NCBI RefSeq assembly: GCF_963921235.1
Contig: NC_086117.1
Span: 17,236,001 to 17,300,000 of the forward strand
Direction of reading: 5' to 3'
From: Mobula hypostoma
Lineage: Eukaryota
Length of the DNA: 64,000 bases
The notes beneath the pieces were generated by a model that ran no database searches, was not told the DNA's origin, and saw nothing but the letters and a program-made list of their open reading frames with translations. The stretch's first letter is position 1. The number at the start of each line of letters is the position of its first letter. Of the stretch, positions 38,611-52,090 are shown one piece after another. The translations under genes were made by a program, and so were the position numbers.

Positions 38611-38645
38611 AGTCGACGTTTCAGGCCGAGACCCTTCGTCAGGAC
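38611..38645 (-). ncRNA. Hammerhead ribozyme motif, core intact
   Basis: Reverse complement GTC CTGACGA A GGGTCTCGGCCT GAAAC GTC GACT. G-U pair closes stem II; stem I is 3 bp. Confidence 0.7.
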
Positions 38646-39194
38646 ATGGCCCTCTATTTTTCTATCAGTTTGCTGTCCAGTTCAACTTACACCCCAATTC
38701 ATGAACCCCCAAAATAAGTGAGAGATATTCAAATGCAGAAGGCATCATTGTCGAGCCTGTTCTATCCTTTTTTTCTGGCAAATAGTCACCGCCACAAGGA
38801 TAAACATAGAGTAAGCTGCTGATTGAAAGTAATTGCTTTAGAATTCACCCACAGCAGGGAGAATTCTTTGGTTTATAGCTGTGGATTGAGTTTGTGATTA
38901 TTTCCCTGACAGTTCAGGATTTTGATTTTTTTTTGCACCTTGAAGTTTAAAGTGACGAGACTGGGTTTTGAGACTATTCGTTATGCTGGTGCAGTGGTGC
39001 CAGTCTCTGCGCTCCCATTGGCTGCTGAACTGTGACGTCTGCGCCGGAGGATTAATTGCTCCTGCACCAGGGTTGCAGATTTATGAAGAAATCATGCGCA
39101 GCTCATTACCGGGAACTTCAGAGTCCTGGGCATGATCAATTTGGTTAACCGTTCCTCCCATTTTTACAGCATTTTCCTGCTGCCGGCTGAAGTA

Positions 39195-39970
39195 CATAGA
39201 GCGTAGAACCTTACGGCACAGTACTGGCCCTTCAACCCACAATGCTGTGCTGACCATTTAACTAATCTATAATCAATCTGCTTTCCCGCTTACATAATCC
39301 ATTTTCTATCACCCATGTGCCTAACTAAGAGTTTGTTAAATGCCCCTAGTGTATCTGCCTCTTCCACCACCCCTGGCAGGACATTCCATGCACCCACCAC
39401 TCTGTGTAAAGAACTTACCTTTTACGTGCTCCCCATACTTTCCACCCATCATCTTAAAATTATCCCCCCTCCTATTAGCTGCTTCCACCTTGTGGGGGGG
39501 AGTCTCTGGCTATCCACTCTATCTATGCCTTTTATCATTTTGTACAGCTCTATCAAGTCATCTCTCATTCTCTTTCATTCCAAAGAGCAAAGCCCTAGCT
39601 TGCTCAACCTTTCTTCATGAGCCACACTCTCTAGTCCAGGCAGCATCTTGGTAAACCTCCTCTGCACCCTCTCTAAAACTTCCACATTCTTCTTATAATG
39701 AGGTGACCAAAACTGAACATAATATTCCAAGTGTGGTATATCAAGGGTTCTGTACCTCATGGATCATTACCTCATGGCTCTTGAACTCAATCCCCCATCT
39801 AATGAAGGCTAACATACCATATGTCTTCTTAACAACCCTATTACCTTGCATGCCAACTTTGTGGGATGTGTGGACATGGACCCCAAGATCCCTCTGTTCC
39901 TGCCATTAACCCTAAATTCAAGTTCAACCTTCCAAAAGGAATCGCTTCACAGTTTTATGAGTTGAACTCC
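39195..39970 (-). mobile_element. CR1 LINE 3' portion
   Basis: [35 protein letters not shown]. Confidence 0.85.
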
Positions 39971-40037
39971 AAGTCGTTGAGAAGTTGTGATTGGAAGCTG
40001 GGCAGATGTCAGGCATTCACTAAGGATGGCACTTATA

Positions 40038-40558
40038 CACACAGTGGCCACTTTATTAGGTATAACTGTATGTTAATGCAAATATCTAATCAGCCAATGA
40101 TGTAGCAGGAACTCAATGCATAAAAGCATGCAAATGTGGTCAAAAGGTTCAGTTGTTCAAACGAAACATCAGAATGGGGAAGAAATATGATTTAAGTGAC
40201 AGACCATGAAATATTTGTTGGTGCCAGACTGGGAGGTTTGAGTATCTCAGAAACGGTGACTTTCACACATAACAGTCTCTAGAGTTTACAGAAAATGGTG
40301 TGAAAGACAAAAAAAAAATCTACTGAGCACAGTTCTGTGGGTGAAAATGCCTTGTTAATGGGAGTTCAGAGAAGAATGGCCAGACTGGTTCAAGATGACA
40401 GGAAAGGGACAATAATTGAAATAACCGCGTGTTACAACAGTGGTGTGCAGAACAATGTCTCTGAAAGCACAACACATTGAGCTTTGAAGTGAATGGTCTA
40501 CAGCAGCAGAAGAGCACGACTTCACAGAAATACACTCAGTGACCACTATATTAGATAC
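40038..40558 (+). mobile_element. Same Tc1-like family, ends in a direct copy of the TIR
   Basis: TA-cacacagtggccactttattaggta start; TA-cactcagtgaccactatattagatac at 40531-40558. Confidence 0.85.
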
Positions 40559-43500
40559 GTCGCTGTGAGGCGGTGCAGGGGTAGCGTAGGGAACGGAGAG
40601 AGGGCTATTCCCTGTTGAGACCTGTGAGGGCAAGTGGCTGGCAGACATGTCCAAGCCCAACTACAAGGTGCATTTGGTTACAGAGATCACTCAGTCCCCT
40701 CCCTAGCTGGTTTCACCCATGCTTTGAAGCCATGTAATTCTGACATGCCAATCGAAGCTCTGGCACAGATGCTGCTCCAATCTCTCTTCCTCACTTTTCA
40801 GATCCTGCACCATTTCACTCTTGGTCCAGGGAGTAGCACCCCCAGCTCATTGGTCAGAAAACTGTAAGTTTTAATCCACTGTTGATGCACAACATAGGCC
40901 AATTATGAAGAATCTATCTGTGAGGTGGGACAGATTTTACAATCCAAACCACTTCCAAAGGATACTTGTTTCATTTGTATATAACTCGATGGACGTTTTT
41001 GATACACTGGTGCCATTCTTTTTGAGCACCTCATCATCTCTTCAAAGGTCCTCTCATTCCCACCCTGCTATCTCCTTTCCTTTTGGCTGCCTCAGATAGA
41101 TAGATAGATAGATAGACAGACATACTTTATTGATCCCGAGGGAAATTGGGTTTCGTTACAGTTGCACCAACCAAGAATATAGTATAAATATAGCAATATA
41201 CTGCCCCCTTGCATTGCCCGTGCCTCAGAGACCCGGGTTTGGGGTCAGGAATGCTACAAGAAGATGGAACATAAACCAGGTGGACCCATTTGGTGGGTGG
41301 ATGTGGACTATGCGTGCCAACGACCTGTGTTGACAATTCATCTCTGAGGAAGTGCAGCAAAGCCCGTCATTCAGATGAGAAAGTAAACCAAGAAAGTCAT
41401 AAATGATGCTTTCATTCTATAAGATGAAGATCAAGGTAATTCCCAGGTGTGCTGGGCAACACTGGAGTGGTATGGTAGGGTAGCGGTTAGTGTAACGCTA
41501 TTACGGCGCCAGTGACCCAGGTTCAATTCCGCCGCTGTCTGCAAAGTTTGTACGTTCTCCCCATGACCACATGAGTTTTCTCTGGGTATCTGGTTTCCAA
41601 AGATCAGAATCAGGTTTAATATCACCGGCATATTTGTGAAATTTGTTAGCTTTGCAGCAGTAGTACAGCACAATACATGATAAATAAAAGAGAAACTGAA
41701 TTACAGTAAATATATATATGTATATTAAATAGTTCAGTTAAAGTAAGTATTGCAAAAACAGAAATTTAAAAAAGTCTTGAAGTAGTGTTCATGGGTTCAA
41801 TGTCCATTTAGAAATTGGATGTCAGAGGGGAAGAAGCTGTTTCTGAATCATCGAGTGTGTGCCTTCAGGCTTCTGTACCTCCTTCCTGATGGTAATGGTG
41901 AGTAGAGGGCATGTCCTGGTTGTGGGGGTCCTTAATGATGGATGCTGCCGTCCTGAGGCACTGCTCCTTGAAGATGTCTTTGATGCTCTATAATGGAGCT
42001 GACTAATTTTACAACTTGCAACTTACTTCGATGTACGAGTTTGCAGGTTAATTTGTCACACAGGTGCAAATGGTCATTGCAGACTCATTGGATTGGAAGG
42101 GCCTGTTTCTCTGCTGTATCTCTAAATAATAATAAAAATAAATAAATTTGTCCCTCAGCCAATATAACATCACGAACAACCTGCTTGAGGAACTCAGTGG
42201 GCTGAGCAGTTCTGGGGGTGAGGGGAGGAGTTGGCAAAGTTTCCTGAGAATGGAGCAGATAGATGGCTGGTATAAGTAGGAGAGGGGAGTGGTGGGAGAG
42301 GAGCCCAAGATGATTAGTGAACTGAGGAAGGGTGGCTTATCTGCAGCTCCAGGTTCCAGCATCAGCAGCCTTGTGTGTCTCAGTGTCACAATCACGTTCT
42401 GGTTTCTGGGAACGTGCACGTTCTGGCAAATTTCCTGCTTTACAATTTGTAAAGGCCCTTGTATATCCACATCTTTCTTTGAAAAAGGACATAGCTTTCA
42501 GGAAAGAGGGGAATATTTCAAGGCTAGTTCGTTTTTTATTCTGGGAATGGTCAGTGCCTGGAACATGCTGCTAAGGCAGCACTGAAAGCAGACAGTAACA
42601 TTGAAGAGGGATTTGGACAAACATATGAACAGGTGGAGAATGGAGAGATATACACCAATTACAGGCAGATGGGATTAGTTAAAATTGTCATGATTGGCAC
42701 AAGTATTTGTGGGTCTTATACCAGGTGATTTCTCTCCAATATATGTTCCCTGAGCCGTCGAAAATGGTGGTGAACCTGCTCATAGCTAAGCATTTCTTGT
42801 CTTCTCTTCTCACAATAAAACTAACAGAATTGGAATTCTTCAGGGAGCAGGGGGGCTCTGATCCGGCCTCTGACCCCATTAACCGTCCCGTCGCGGGGCA
42901 GTCAGGGTCGAAGGCAGCATCAGAAAGGTCACAACTAGAAAACCAGGTTTGTCATCTGTATCCTGGTTACTGCTTAGGTCAATATTAATCTGTTCACGTT
43001 CCAGAGAATCACACCATGCAATGTGTAAAGACTGTTTGTATTGGTTAGAAAAGGTCACAACCTTCATTTCAACCAATACTGTGACTGAGGAAAGTCAAAC
43101 GGAATCATCTCTTAGAAATGTAAAAGTGATTATTCTGGGCTCTGTGAATTTGACTTTTTGAATTGTGCTAGCTAGTCTTTTTAATCCTAGTTGCACCCAG
43201 ACATGGAATCAAGCACTTTATCTTAAAAGTAGAATTCTCAGTTTTTTAATGGGGAGCCCTTTATATTTACCATGCAGTGTTATAATTGATAGTCTTTATC
43301 AGAGTGAGCTGCATCAGACTGTTAGAACTATGAACCTTACGATCATAACAGGTGTTACAATCGTGTTAAAAGTAGGAGCTTTATTATCAGCATGGGGCGT
43401 AGCAGGCACTGTTACATCTGAGAGTTCTTACTATCAGTGCAGTGCAGCAGTGTTATTACTGGGAGTCCTGCAGTAGAAGTGAGAACATTGGCTTAGTAGT

Positions 43501-44494
43501 GTGCCAGTGGGATATGGGAGACATTTTAACTCCGTGGACACGGAGTATTTGAAAGGATACTTGCCTTTCATTGTACATTGGCAAGTGTGACTGGCTTGGT
43601 GGGCATCTCGGTCAGCATGAAGCAGAATTAGAATCTGGTTTATTATCGCTGACGTACAGTATGTTGTGAAATTTGTTTTGCTGCAGAAATACAGTGCAAT
43701 ACATAAATATACGACATGTTACAATAAGAAATATATATAAGTGTAAATATGTAGTGCGAAAACAGAGCAAAAGTATTGAGGTAGTGATCATGGGATCATG
43801 GACCGTTCAGAATTCTGATGGTAGAGGAATAGAAACTGTTTCTAAACTCTGAGTGTGAGCGTTCAGGCTCCTGTGCCTCCTCCCTGATGCTAGTAATGAG
43901 AAGAGGGCATGTCCTGGGTGGTGGGAGTCCTAATCATGTACGTATACCACTTTTTTGATGCATCAACATTTGAAGACATCCCCAGTGGCGGGGATGGAGC
44001 TGGTTGAGCTTACAACCCTCTGTAGCTTTTTCCGACCCTGTAGCAGTGGCCCCTCCATGCCGCACGGTGATGCAACCAGTTAGAATGCTCTCCACGGGTA
44101 CGGAGAACAGTTTGACCGGAATGGCCTGAGTTCGTGCTGAATGACTCTGAGCTACTGGGGATAAATATGTAAGAGTCCATCTCCACCAGCTTGAAAAGTC
44201 AGTGTAGCTCTTCCATCTAAACAAAAATGTGATCTTTGCTGATGTTGTTTGTCACTAATTCATCATTCAAGTGGGCACCTTTCTTCCTTGGATTTTAGAT
44301 AGTGAACACCATCAGGAGGTGAGGTTTGTCGAACTGAATCCAATGATATCTTCACATTAAGTCTAACCATTCAAACTTCCCACAAGTGAGTGTCCGTATT
44401 CTGACGCAGGAATCTGACCACTTCCTTCAATCTCTCCTCTAATCTCTCTTCCCCTTCCCGCTCTTCTCATTTCATCTCATCCCATCTCAGGACG

Positions 44495-44875
44495 TCATCA
44501 TCATCTTTATGTGCCATATGGTAAGACGGAGGCGATCATGGTCTTTCCATGACCATGATTGTTCTTGGTAAATTTTTCTACGGAAGTGGTTTGCCATTGC
44601 CTTATCCTGGGCAGTGTCCTTACCCGGCGGGTGACCCCAGACATTACCAATACTCTTCAGAGATTGTCTGCCTGGTGTCAGTGGTCGCATAACCAGGTTT
44701 TGTGATATAGACCAGTTGCTCATACAACCTTCCACCACCAGCTCCCATGGCTTCATGTGACCATGACTGGGAGGACAAGTAAGTGCTACACCTTGCCCAA
44801 GGGTGACCTGCAGGCTAGCGGAGGGAAGGAGCGCCTTATACCTCCTTTGGTACAGATGTATCTCTACCCAGTCAT
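44495..44875 (-). mobile_element. RTE-related SINE-like element (copies at ~45655-46005 plus and ~53465-53760 minus)
   Basis: Three mutually similar copies with an aaggcaatggcaaaccact motif like BovA/RTE SINEs, and a (GAT)n tail. Confidence 0.65.
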
Positions 44876-46649
44876 CCCCGGACTGTAGTGGTGAACAGAG
44901 TTCTTTCATTTCCTTCCTTAGGGCATTTAGCAAAGTTCGGATGTACTAAAAATTGAGTCTGGAACCTTTCTGCATACAGGCGATACACTGTGGCGCTTTT
45001 AAGTTTTTGTCATTCCACTTAACAAATCAGTGAAATAGAACAGCACTGCATAAGAACAAGCCCTTCGGCCCACAATGTCTGTGCTGAACACAGTGCCAAA
45101 TTAAGCTCAATCTCTTCTGCATGTGCATGATCTGTACTCCTTTAATTCCCTGCATATCCATGTGTTTATCTAGCAACCTCTTAAATAAATGCCTCTATCA
45201 TATCTGCTTCCATCACTACATTCAGGGTACCTAACACTCTGTGCGTAGAGAATTTTGTCCCACACACCTTACTTAGTCTTGCCCCCTACCCCACCACGCA
45301 CTTTAAATTCATGATCTCTAGAAGTAATATTTACCCTGGGCTATTGCTTCAATTTGGAAGCTGTAGCTTAAATAGGTAACGGGAATTTCTGAATTACTTG
45401 TTGTCCTCCACCCGTTCGAGCTGACGCCCTTGCTGTCTACCAACTGTACTGAAGCAATGCATTGAAATGCAGCCGGTAAATGACATTCCAAAGCCACCAC
45501 TACGTGTTTTACAGACTGGTTATTATGCTTCATCTCCCACCATCCTTAGCTTGAACTTTGGCAATGCCAGGTACAAGGAGGGAAGTTTTTGTCTCAAATC
45601 AAACATAACTTTATGGCTGAATATCGTCAATATAGTGGTGGGGTGGAGATATGGCTCTACCAAAGGAACCGTAAGGCACTGCTTTCCTCTGCTAACCTGC
45701 AGGTTGTTCTTGAGCATGGTATAGCTCCTGCTTAGTGACCCCCCCCCCCCGCCCGACTCAGGGTAATGTGAAGCCTTGGGAGCTGGTGGATATCACAAGT
45801 TTGGATTATGTGACCATCGACACCAGGAAGACAATCTCTGAAAAGTATGGATAATGGGAGGAGTCACCCGCCTAGTAAAGACACTGCCCAGAAGAAGGCA
45901 ATGGCAAACCACTTCTGTGAAAAATTTGCCAAGAACAATCATGGTCACGGAAAGACTACGGTCACTCACGTCATAGGACGTGGCACAAAACGAATGAACA
46001 ATCATGAATAGTCCAAAAGGAAGAGGGTATAATTACACCTGTTTGTGGTTGAAAGACCAGCAAAGTACCTTTTGGGAGAGATTGGAGTTAGGTACTGAAT
46101 GAGGACAGTTGTAAGTAATACAGAAAATTTATAATACAATTTTGAGCGTAATGGGCACATCATAGATTATTGAAGAAAGTGTTGCTGGAGTACGATAGAG
46201 CTCAGCCATAAAGAACATGAGCTACTTACATTTCAGTGAGTGACTCACCACTGATGCATCAAAAACATTTCCCGTAAACCGAACACTACCAGTAGTGCCA
46301 TTATTCATGTTCTATTTACAGGTTATTGATCCTTGTGCTGTTTTCAGAGGGCAGATCACTGGAGCAGAAGGGCGATAAGAGAAAATTACGTCCATTGGTA
46401 AAATAAACTGCAAGTGTTGGGAAGGTTTTGTTAATGCAGCGCCTCACATTCTTGCTGCTTCCCTGGTGCTCCTGGTCCTCAGTCCCCATGTCTTGCTCCC
46501 AACTGTGCCCCAGTTCTTGCATCCATTTCATTCACCCTGGCTCCCTATTTTCTTCCTCCACATCTCAGCTCACCCCTCTAACACCACCATGTTCATCTGC
46601 CACTGCATCTTTGCCCTCCACCCTCCACACTGACTCTACACCCATGCTC

Positions 46650-46985
46650 ATAAGACCAAAAGATATGAGAGCAGAATTCGGTCTTTCGGCCCATTGAGTC
46701 TGCTCCACAATTTGATTATGGCTGATTTATTGTCAGTCTTAACCCTATTCTCCTGCCTCTCCTGGTAACCTTTGACACCCTTACTAATCAAGAACCTATC
46801 AACTTCCACTTTAACTATACCCGACAAATTGGCATCCGCAGCCGTCTGTGAACTCCACAAGTTCACCCCGCTCTGGATAAAGAAATTCCTCCTGATCTCT
46901 GTTCTAAAGGAACCTCCTTCTATTCTGAAGCTGTGCCCTTTGGTCCTAAATTCTCCCATTATTTGAAACATCCACTCTGTTTAGG
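46650..46985 (-). mobile_element. CR1 LINE 3' end (further CR1 tails at ~3110-3340, 24610-24960, 42480-42690, 45035-45350, 53228-53450, 56190-57010, 57445-57800)
   Basis: RTKGHSFRIEGGSFRTEIRRNFFIQSGVNLWSS; (TCTTATGG)-like tail. Confidence 0.75.
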
Positions 46986-46986
46986 C

Positions 46987-47070
46987 CAGGAGTTTGCAAC
47001 CTGGCGTCCACGAAGTTAACCCTTGATTAATGGTAGAGTTCTATGGCATAAAAAAGGTTGCGAACTCCTG
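46987..47070. mobile_element. hAT-type MITE, 84 bp (deleted copy at 55340-55404)
   Basis: TIRs CAGGAGTTTGCAACC / GGTTGCGAACTCCTG (14/15). 8-bp flanks gtttaggc / attcaggc. Second copy flanked by tcttagac / tcttagag. Confidence 0.7.
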
Positions 47071-50000
47071 ATTCAGGCCTTCTGACCTTTTTTACTCAAC
47101 CCTTTCCCACCTCTTCAGCACCATATACTTAATCAGTTTTTCAGCTTTTGCCTCATCTCCAGAGTCCATGCTGCTCCCTGTATCCTTGCCTCCCATGCTG
47201 TCGCCAAACACTTGCTCCTCCACCACGTGCTCGTGCTGACCCTCTGCCCCCTCCCCATGTTTTTACTCCTTTATGTCTCATGTTGTCTTTCTGCTACCTT
47301 CCACCCCTGACTGTTGCTAACTCCAGATTATCTTGGTTACCCCAACCCAACCCCCATGTTATTCCCTGCTTCATGTTCTTCTTCCCACAATTTCTTGCTC
47401 CTGACCCCACCCTATGTTCTTGTTGCCCACCACCCCATCTTCCTACTGCCCAATGCGCGGCTTCCTGGTGCCTCTTGTTGCCACCCTCTCCTGCAGAGCG
47501 GATGAATTAGTTGGAGGCAGATTCAAGAAGGCTCAGAATCGATAGTTTATCCAGGTTAATTGGTTTGCTCTACGTAAGATTCAGATTTATTTACTTAAGA
47601 GGAAATAAAAACATATAGTGAAATGCGACATTTGTGCTAAGAACCAAGGATGTGCTGGGGGGAAGCCCACAATGTTCAACACAACAACATGTTCAATGCA
47701 ACAGCAACAAACAAGACAAGGCACCAACAGGAAAACAAGCCTCTTTCTCATCCTCCCACTCACCCACACACAGAAAGGGGCCTCCAATCCCAGCAGTTGT
47801 TGGCCTTAGACATTGGGTCTCCAACCTTTAGTCCCTGGCCCAGACTCACAGACATTGGATCATCCATCCTCCATTCATGCCAATGGAGAGGCTTCAACCT
47901 AAGCTCCTTGACCTCCGAACTTGCCAACTTTGGTCTTTGACCTTTGGACTTTGTCGACTTCTGGGTATCGACCCCAGGACTCACTAATCATGAGACTTTG
48001 ACCTCTGGGTCTTGACTTCCAGACTCACTGACCTTTGGCTATTGACCCCAGAGATTTGCCAGTCATGGGACTTTGTAACATCTCACATCCACCCATGCTT
48101 AAATCTGGGTACAGCATTAGTAAAATGCTGTGTGGTTGGTCACTTTTCAGTATTTGAAAAGAACTTGTTGAGTGGCGGGGGAGATTAGCATTGCGGCCTC
48201 TGTAGTTAGATAAGGAGAAGTAGACGGTTGGATGCCTGGCTACATGGTGGACCAATTCATGTCCCCATACCATACTGCAGTCGTACCTTCCCACTTGCTA
48301 TGTCACCATAGATTCCAGCAAATTTCTATAGATGTACTGTGAATTGTGACTGGTTGCATCACCATCTGGTATTGAAAGGCCACCGCAGAGGATTGAAAAA
48401 AGCTACAGAGGGATGTAAGCTCAGCAGGCTCCATCATGGACACAAGACTCCCATTGAGGACATCTTCGAAAGGCAGTGGCTCAAGAAGGCAGCTTCCATC
48501 ACTGAGGACCTTCACTGGCCAGGACATGCATCTCTTCTCATTACTACCATCAGCGAGGAGACACAGGAGCCTGAAGATATACACTCAACATTTTAAGAAA
48601 TGCTTCTTCCCCTCTCCCATGAGAATTTTGAACAGACTACGAACACTACCTCACTTTTTGCCTCTTTTTCACTACTTACTTTTATATATATTCCTTACTG
48701 TACCTTACTGTAATTTTTTAGGTATGGCACTGTGTTGCTGCCTCAAGGCACATATTTCACAACATATGTCAGTGATAATCGAACCGATCCTGATTCTGCA
48801 GTAGTATTTGTGGATCCCAGGAAGAATGCACATCCGCCACTGCAGAACATAAAACAAGTTCAGAGAGACAAGGGACCTCTGATGTTGAAACCTGGAGCAG
48901 CAAACAAGAAGCTGGAGGAAATCGGGTGGGTCAGGCAGCATCTCAGGGGGGAAATGGACAGTCAACGTTTTGGGTCTAGACCCTTCATCTGGATGTATGA
49001 GGGGTCTTAATCTGAAATGTCACCTGTCCATTTCCCTCCGGAGAGGCAGCCTGCCTCACTGACTCATCCCTGGTCTCCAGGGAGCTGCCTGCAAATCCAG
49101 GTTATCTCTTGCCTTAGGTGGAAATCTGACTAAATTCACCTGCGTCATTACTGACTGAGAGGCTTGGGCGCGAAGGAGGTTGGAATGGATGAGGGAGTGG
49201 AAAATTGACAAGATGATAAAGAAACGTCTTTCTCCTTTAATTTGTTTGCAGCCTGCAGCTTCCTCCTGGCAGTACATTCCATCCCATGCATTATGCAGTA
49301 AAATATTAGATGCAATATTATTTTTAACATTGTAGTTTAAAGTAAAAACATGACAAAATTGCAGTTACCAGCGAGAAGCCAAAGTGGTCATTCAGCTTTA
49401 GAGTGATGTTGAATTCCATGCCTGTTGGTTAATAGAATGTGTTCACTCTGGGGGGTTTGCTTCTCTCTTCCTGTGTACAGCATTGGCAGGTGCAGTGTAC
49501 ATGCTGCAGGACACCATGGCCTGTATGCTTTACAGTAACTTCCTGCTAGGGTCAAGGTCTTGCTTTGTGTATACATCTCTTTCTCTTGTAGATCTGTATT
49601 CAAAAGTACACAGACACATGTAGGTAAACAAACACACACATATAAATGCATCAGTAGCTGTACATTTGCATTACACCTGTATATACTGTACTCTGCAAAT
49701 ATATATAGATTGCTGCCTAAGACTTTTGCACAGTAATGTATATTATGTCTTTCCAGTTACAAAACAACACTTAATACTATTGAGCTAATATAAAGCTAAG
49801 TAACCTTATTTCTGTTTCCCAACCACCTTCCTATTTTAACCAATAAACAGTAATGCACAAACATCTTAGGCACCCTAACTATATAATAAATACAGGAAAT
49901 TCTGCAGATGCTGGAAACTGAAAGCAATATGTATGACCCTAATGATATATATCTATATCTGTGTATACATATATATATCTAAGACTTTTGCACAGTACTG

Positions 50001-50861
50001 TAATATATGAGTCCGTTATGCATCATGTTCCACAGTTCAGTGCAATTTGCCAAAGAATGCTCAGTTCTCCATCTTCAAGCTCAGTTACCAAGGCATTTGA
50101 GCACTTCCTTGTCCTTTTCTCAGCCTGTGCCTTGCTGTATTTCAGTGGTGGCCGTGGGCAGGGTGGAGGTGAGGTGTGTGCAAAGGAGGAACGGGAAACT
50201 GCCCGCTGAAAGCCTGCAGTGAAGCGCATTGTGAAGGAGATGCAGCTGAACCAGACATTACCTCATCTTCCTGTAGCCTCGCAGGCACCGTGCAGCGGGG
50301 GAGGGGCAGGAGCGAGCCGCATGAATCCAGCCTGCGTCAGGTGCCTGGGTGTTAATGAAAACTCATCTCATTCAGTCGACGTGATTAATATTCCAATCAG
50401 CGGAAAACCCAATAATACACTCTCTACATTATTCAATGCTATTTTTCCTCCGGATTTTATGTTCAGTGTTACTTAAAATATTTGTTATAAATGAAAAATG
50501 CAAATAAGCAGTTATAAATAAGCAAGGAACAAAGAATGAAGCAGAGAGAGATTTCAAACATTTTAAAGTAAACTGATTGTTGTTCTGCTGTAATGTCAGT
50601 TACAAGGCAGGAACATAGTTTCTTTCCTGTTTCCTTTGGCCTATCCCTTCTGTTCCTTCCTAGCAGGCTCCACGGTAGCACAGTGCTTGCTGCGACACTA
50701 TTACAGCCTGGGGCAGTCCGGAGTTTGGAGTTCAATTCTGGCGCCATCTGTAAGGAGCCTGTACGTTCGCCCTGTGAACTGAATGGGTTTCTTCTGGGTG
50801 CTCCAGTTTCCTCCCACAGTTTAAAGACCTATCGATTCGTAGGTTAATTAGTCATTGTAGC

Positions 50862-52090
50862 TTGTCCTATCTTGACTATATCTCTTCCCACCATATCTCC
50901 TGTAAAAATGCTATTCCCTTCTCTCAGTTCCTTCATCTCTGCTACATCTGTTCCCAGGATGAAGCTTTCCTTTCCAGGACATCAGAGATGTCCTCCTTCT
51001 TCAAAGAACGGGGTTTCCCTTTCTCCACCATGAATGCTGCCCTCACCTACATCTCCTCCATTTCCCAAACATCCGCAATAACCACATCTTCCTGCCGCCT
51101 TAACAGTGACAGAGTTCCCCTTGTCCTTATCTACCACCTCATGAGTCTCCGCAGCCAACATATCATTCTTCTCAACTTCTGCCATCTCCAAAGGGATCCT
51201 ACCACAAAACACATCTTTACCTCCCTCACCACCCCCAACTCTTCGCTTTCCACAGGGATCCATGATTCCCTTGTCCATTCATCCTTCCCCACTAATCCCC
51301 CTCCAGGAATTTACCCCTACAAGAGGACAAAGTGCTACACCTACCCATTCACCTCCACCCTCACCTTCATTCAGGGTCCCAAACATCCCTCCCGGGTGTG
51401 GTAACACTTCCCCGGCGAATCTGCCGGGGACCTCTGTTGTATCTGGTGCTCCCGATGTGGCCACCTCTACTTTAGGGAGACTTGTCATAAGTTGCAGGAC
51501 CACTTTGTCGAGCTCCTCTATCCACCTGTAAAAAGCAGAACTTTCTGGTGGCCAAGCGTTTTGATTCTGATTCCCAATCCCATTCTGATATGTTGGTCCA
51601 TGGCTTCCTTTTGTGCCATGATGGGGCCACTCTCAGGGTGGACGGATAACACCTCATATTCCATCTGGGTAGCCTTCAACCTGATGGCATGAATATCAAT
51701 TTCTCCTTCCGGTAAAAAAAAATTCCCTCCCTCTCTCCTCTTCTTCTATTCCCCACTCTGGCCTCTTGCCTCTTCTCACCTGCCTACCACCTTCCCCTGG
51801 TGCCTGTCCTCTCCCTTTCTCCTAGGGTCCACTCTCCTCTTCTATCAGATTCTAGCCCTTTACGTCTTCATCCACCTGGCTTCACCTATCACCTTCTAAC
51901 TATCTTCTTTCCCCTTCCCCCTCCCACACACCTTTATATTCTGGCATCTTTCCCCCTTCCTTTCCACTCTTGAAGAAGTGTCTCGGCTCGAAACGTCGAC
52001 TGTTTATTAATTTCTACTGATGCTGCCTTCCTCCAGCATTTCTTGTCTGTGGCTCTGGATTTCCAGCAGGTGCAGAATTTCTGGTGTCTT
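50862..52090 (+). mobile_element. Penelope-like element, 5'-truncated and decayed: RT C-terminal region, GIY-YIG endonuclease and terminal repeat with degenerate hammerhead (~51966-52001)
   Basis: ORF YLDYISSHHISCKNAIPFSQFLHLCYICS matches the PLE post-RT motif. After a stop, HFPGESAGDLCCIWCSRCGHLYFRET resembles the Cys-containing GIY-YIG motif, and a terminal LQPDGMNI follows. It splits a V-SINE (head ~50665-50861, tail ~52090-52190). Confidence 0.85.

Noticed and set aside
44780-44875. HDV-like ribozyme at the 5' end of the RTE-related elements
   Set aside because: Plausible for RTE-clade elements, but I could not assemble the nested double pseudoknot by eye; it needs a motif search.
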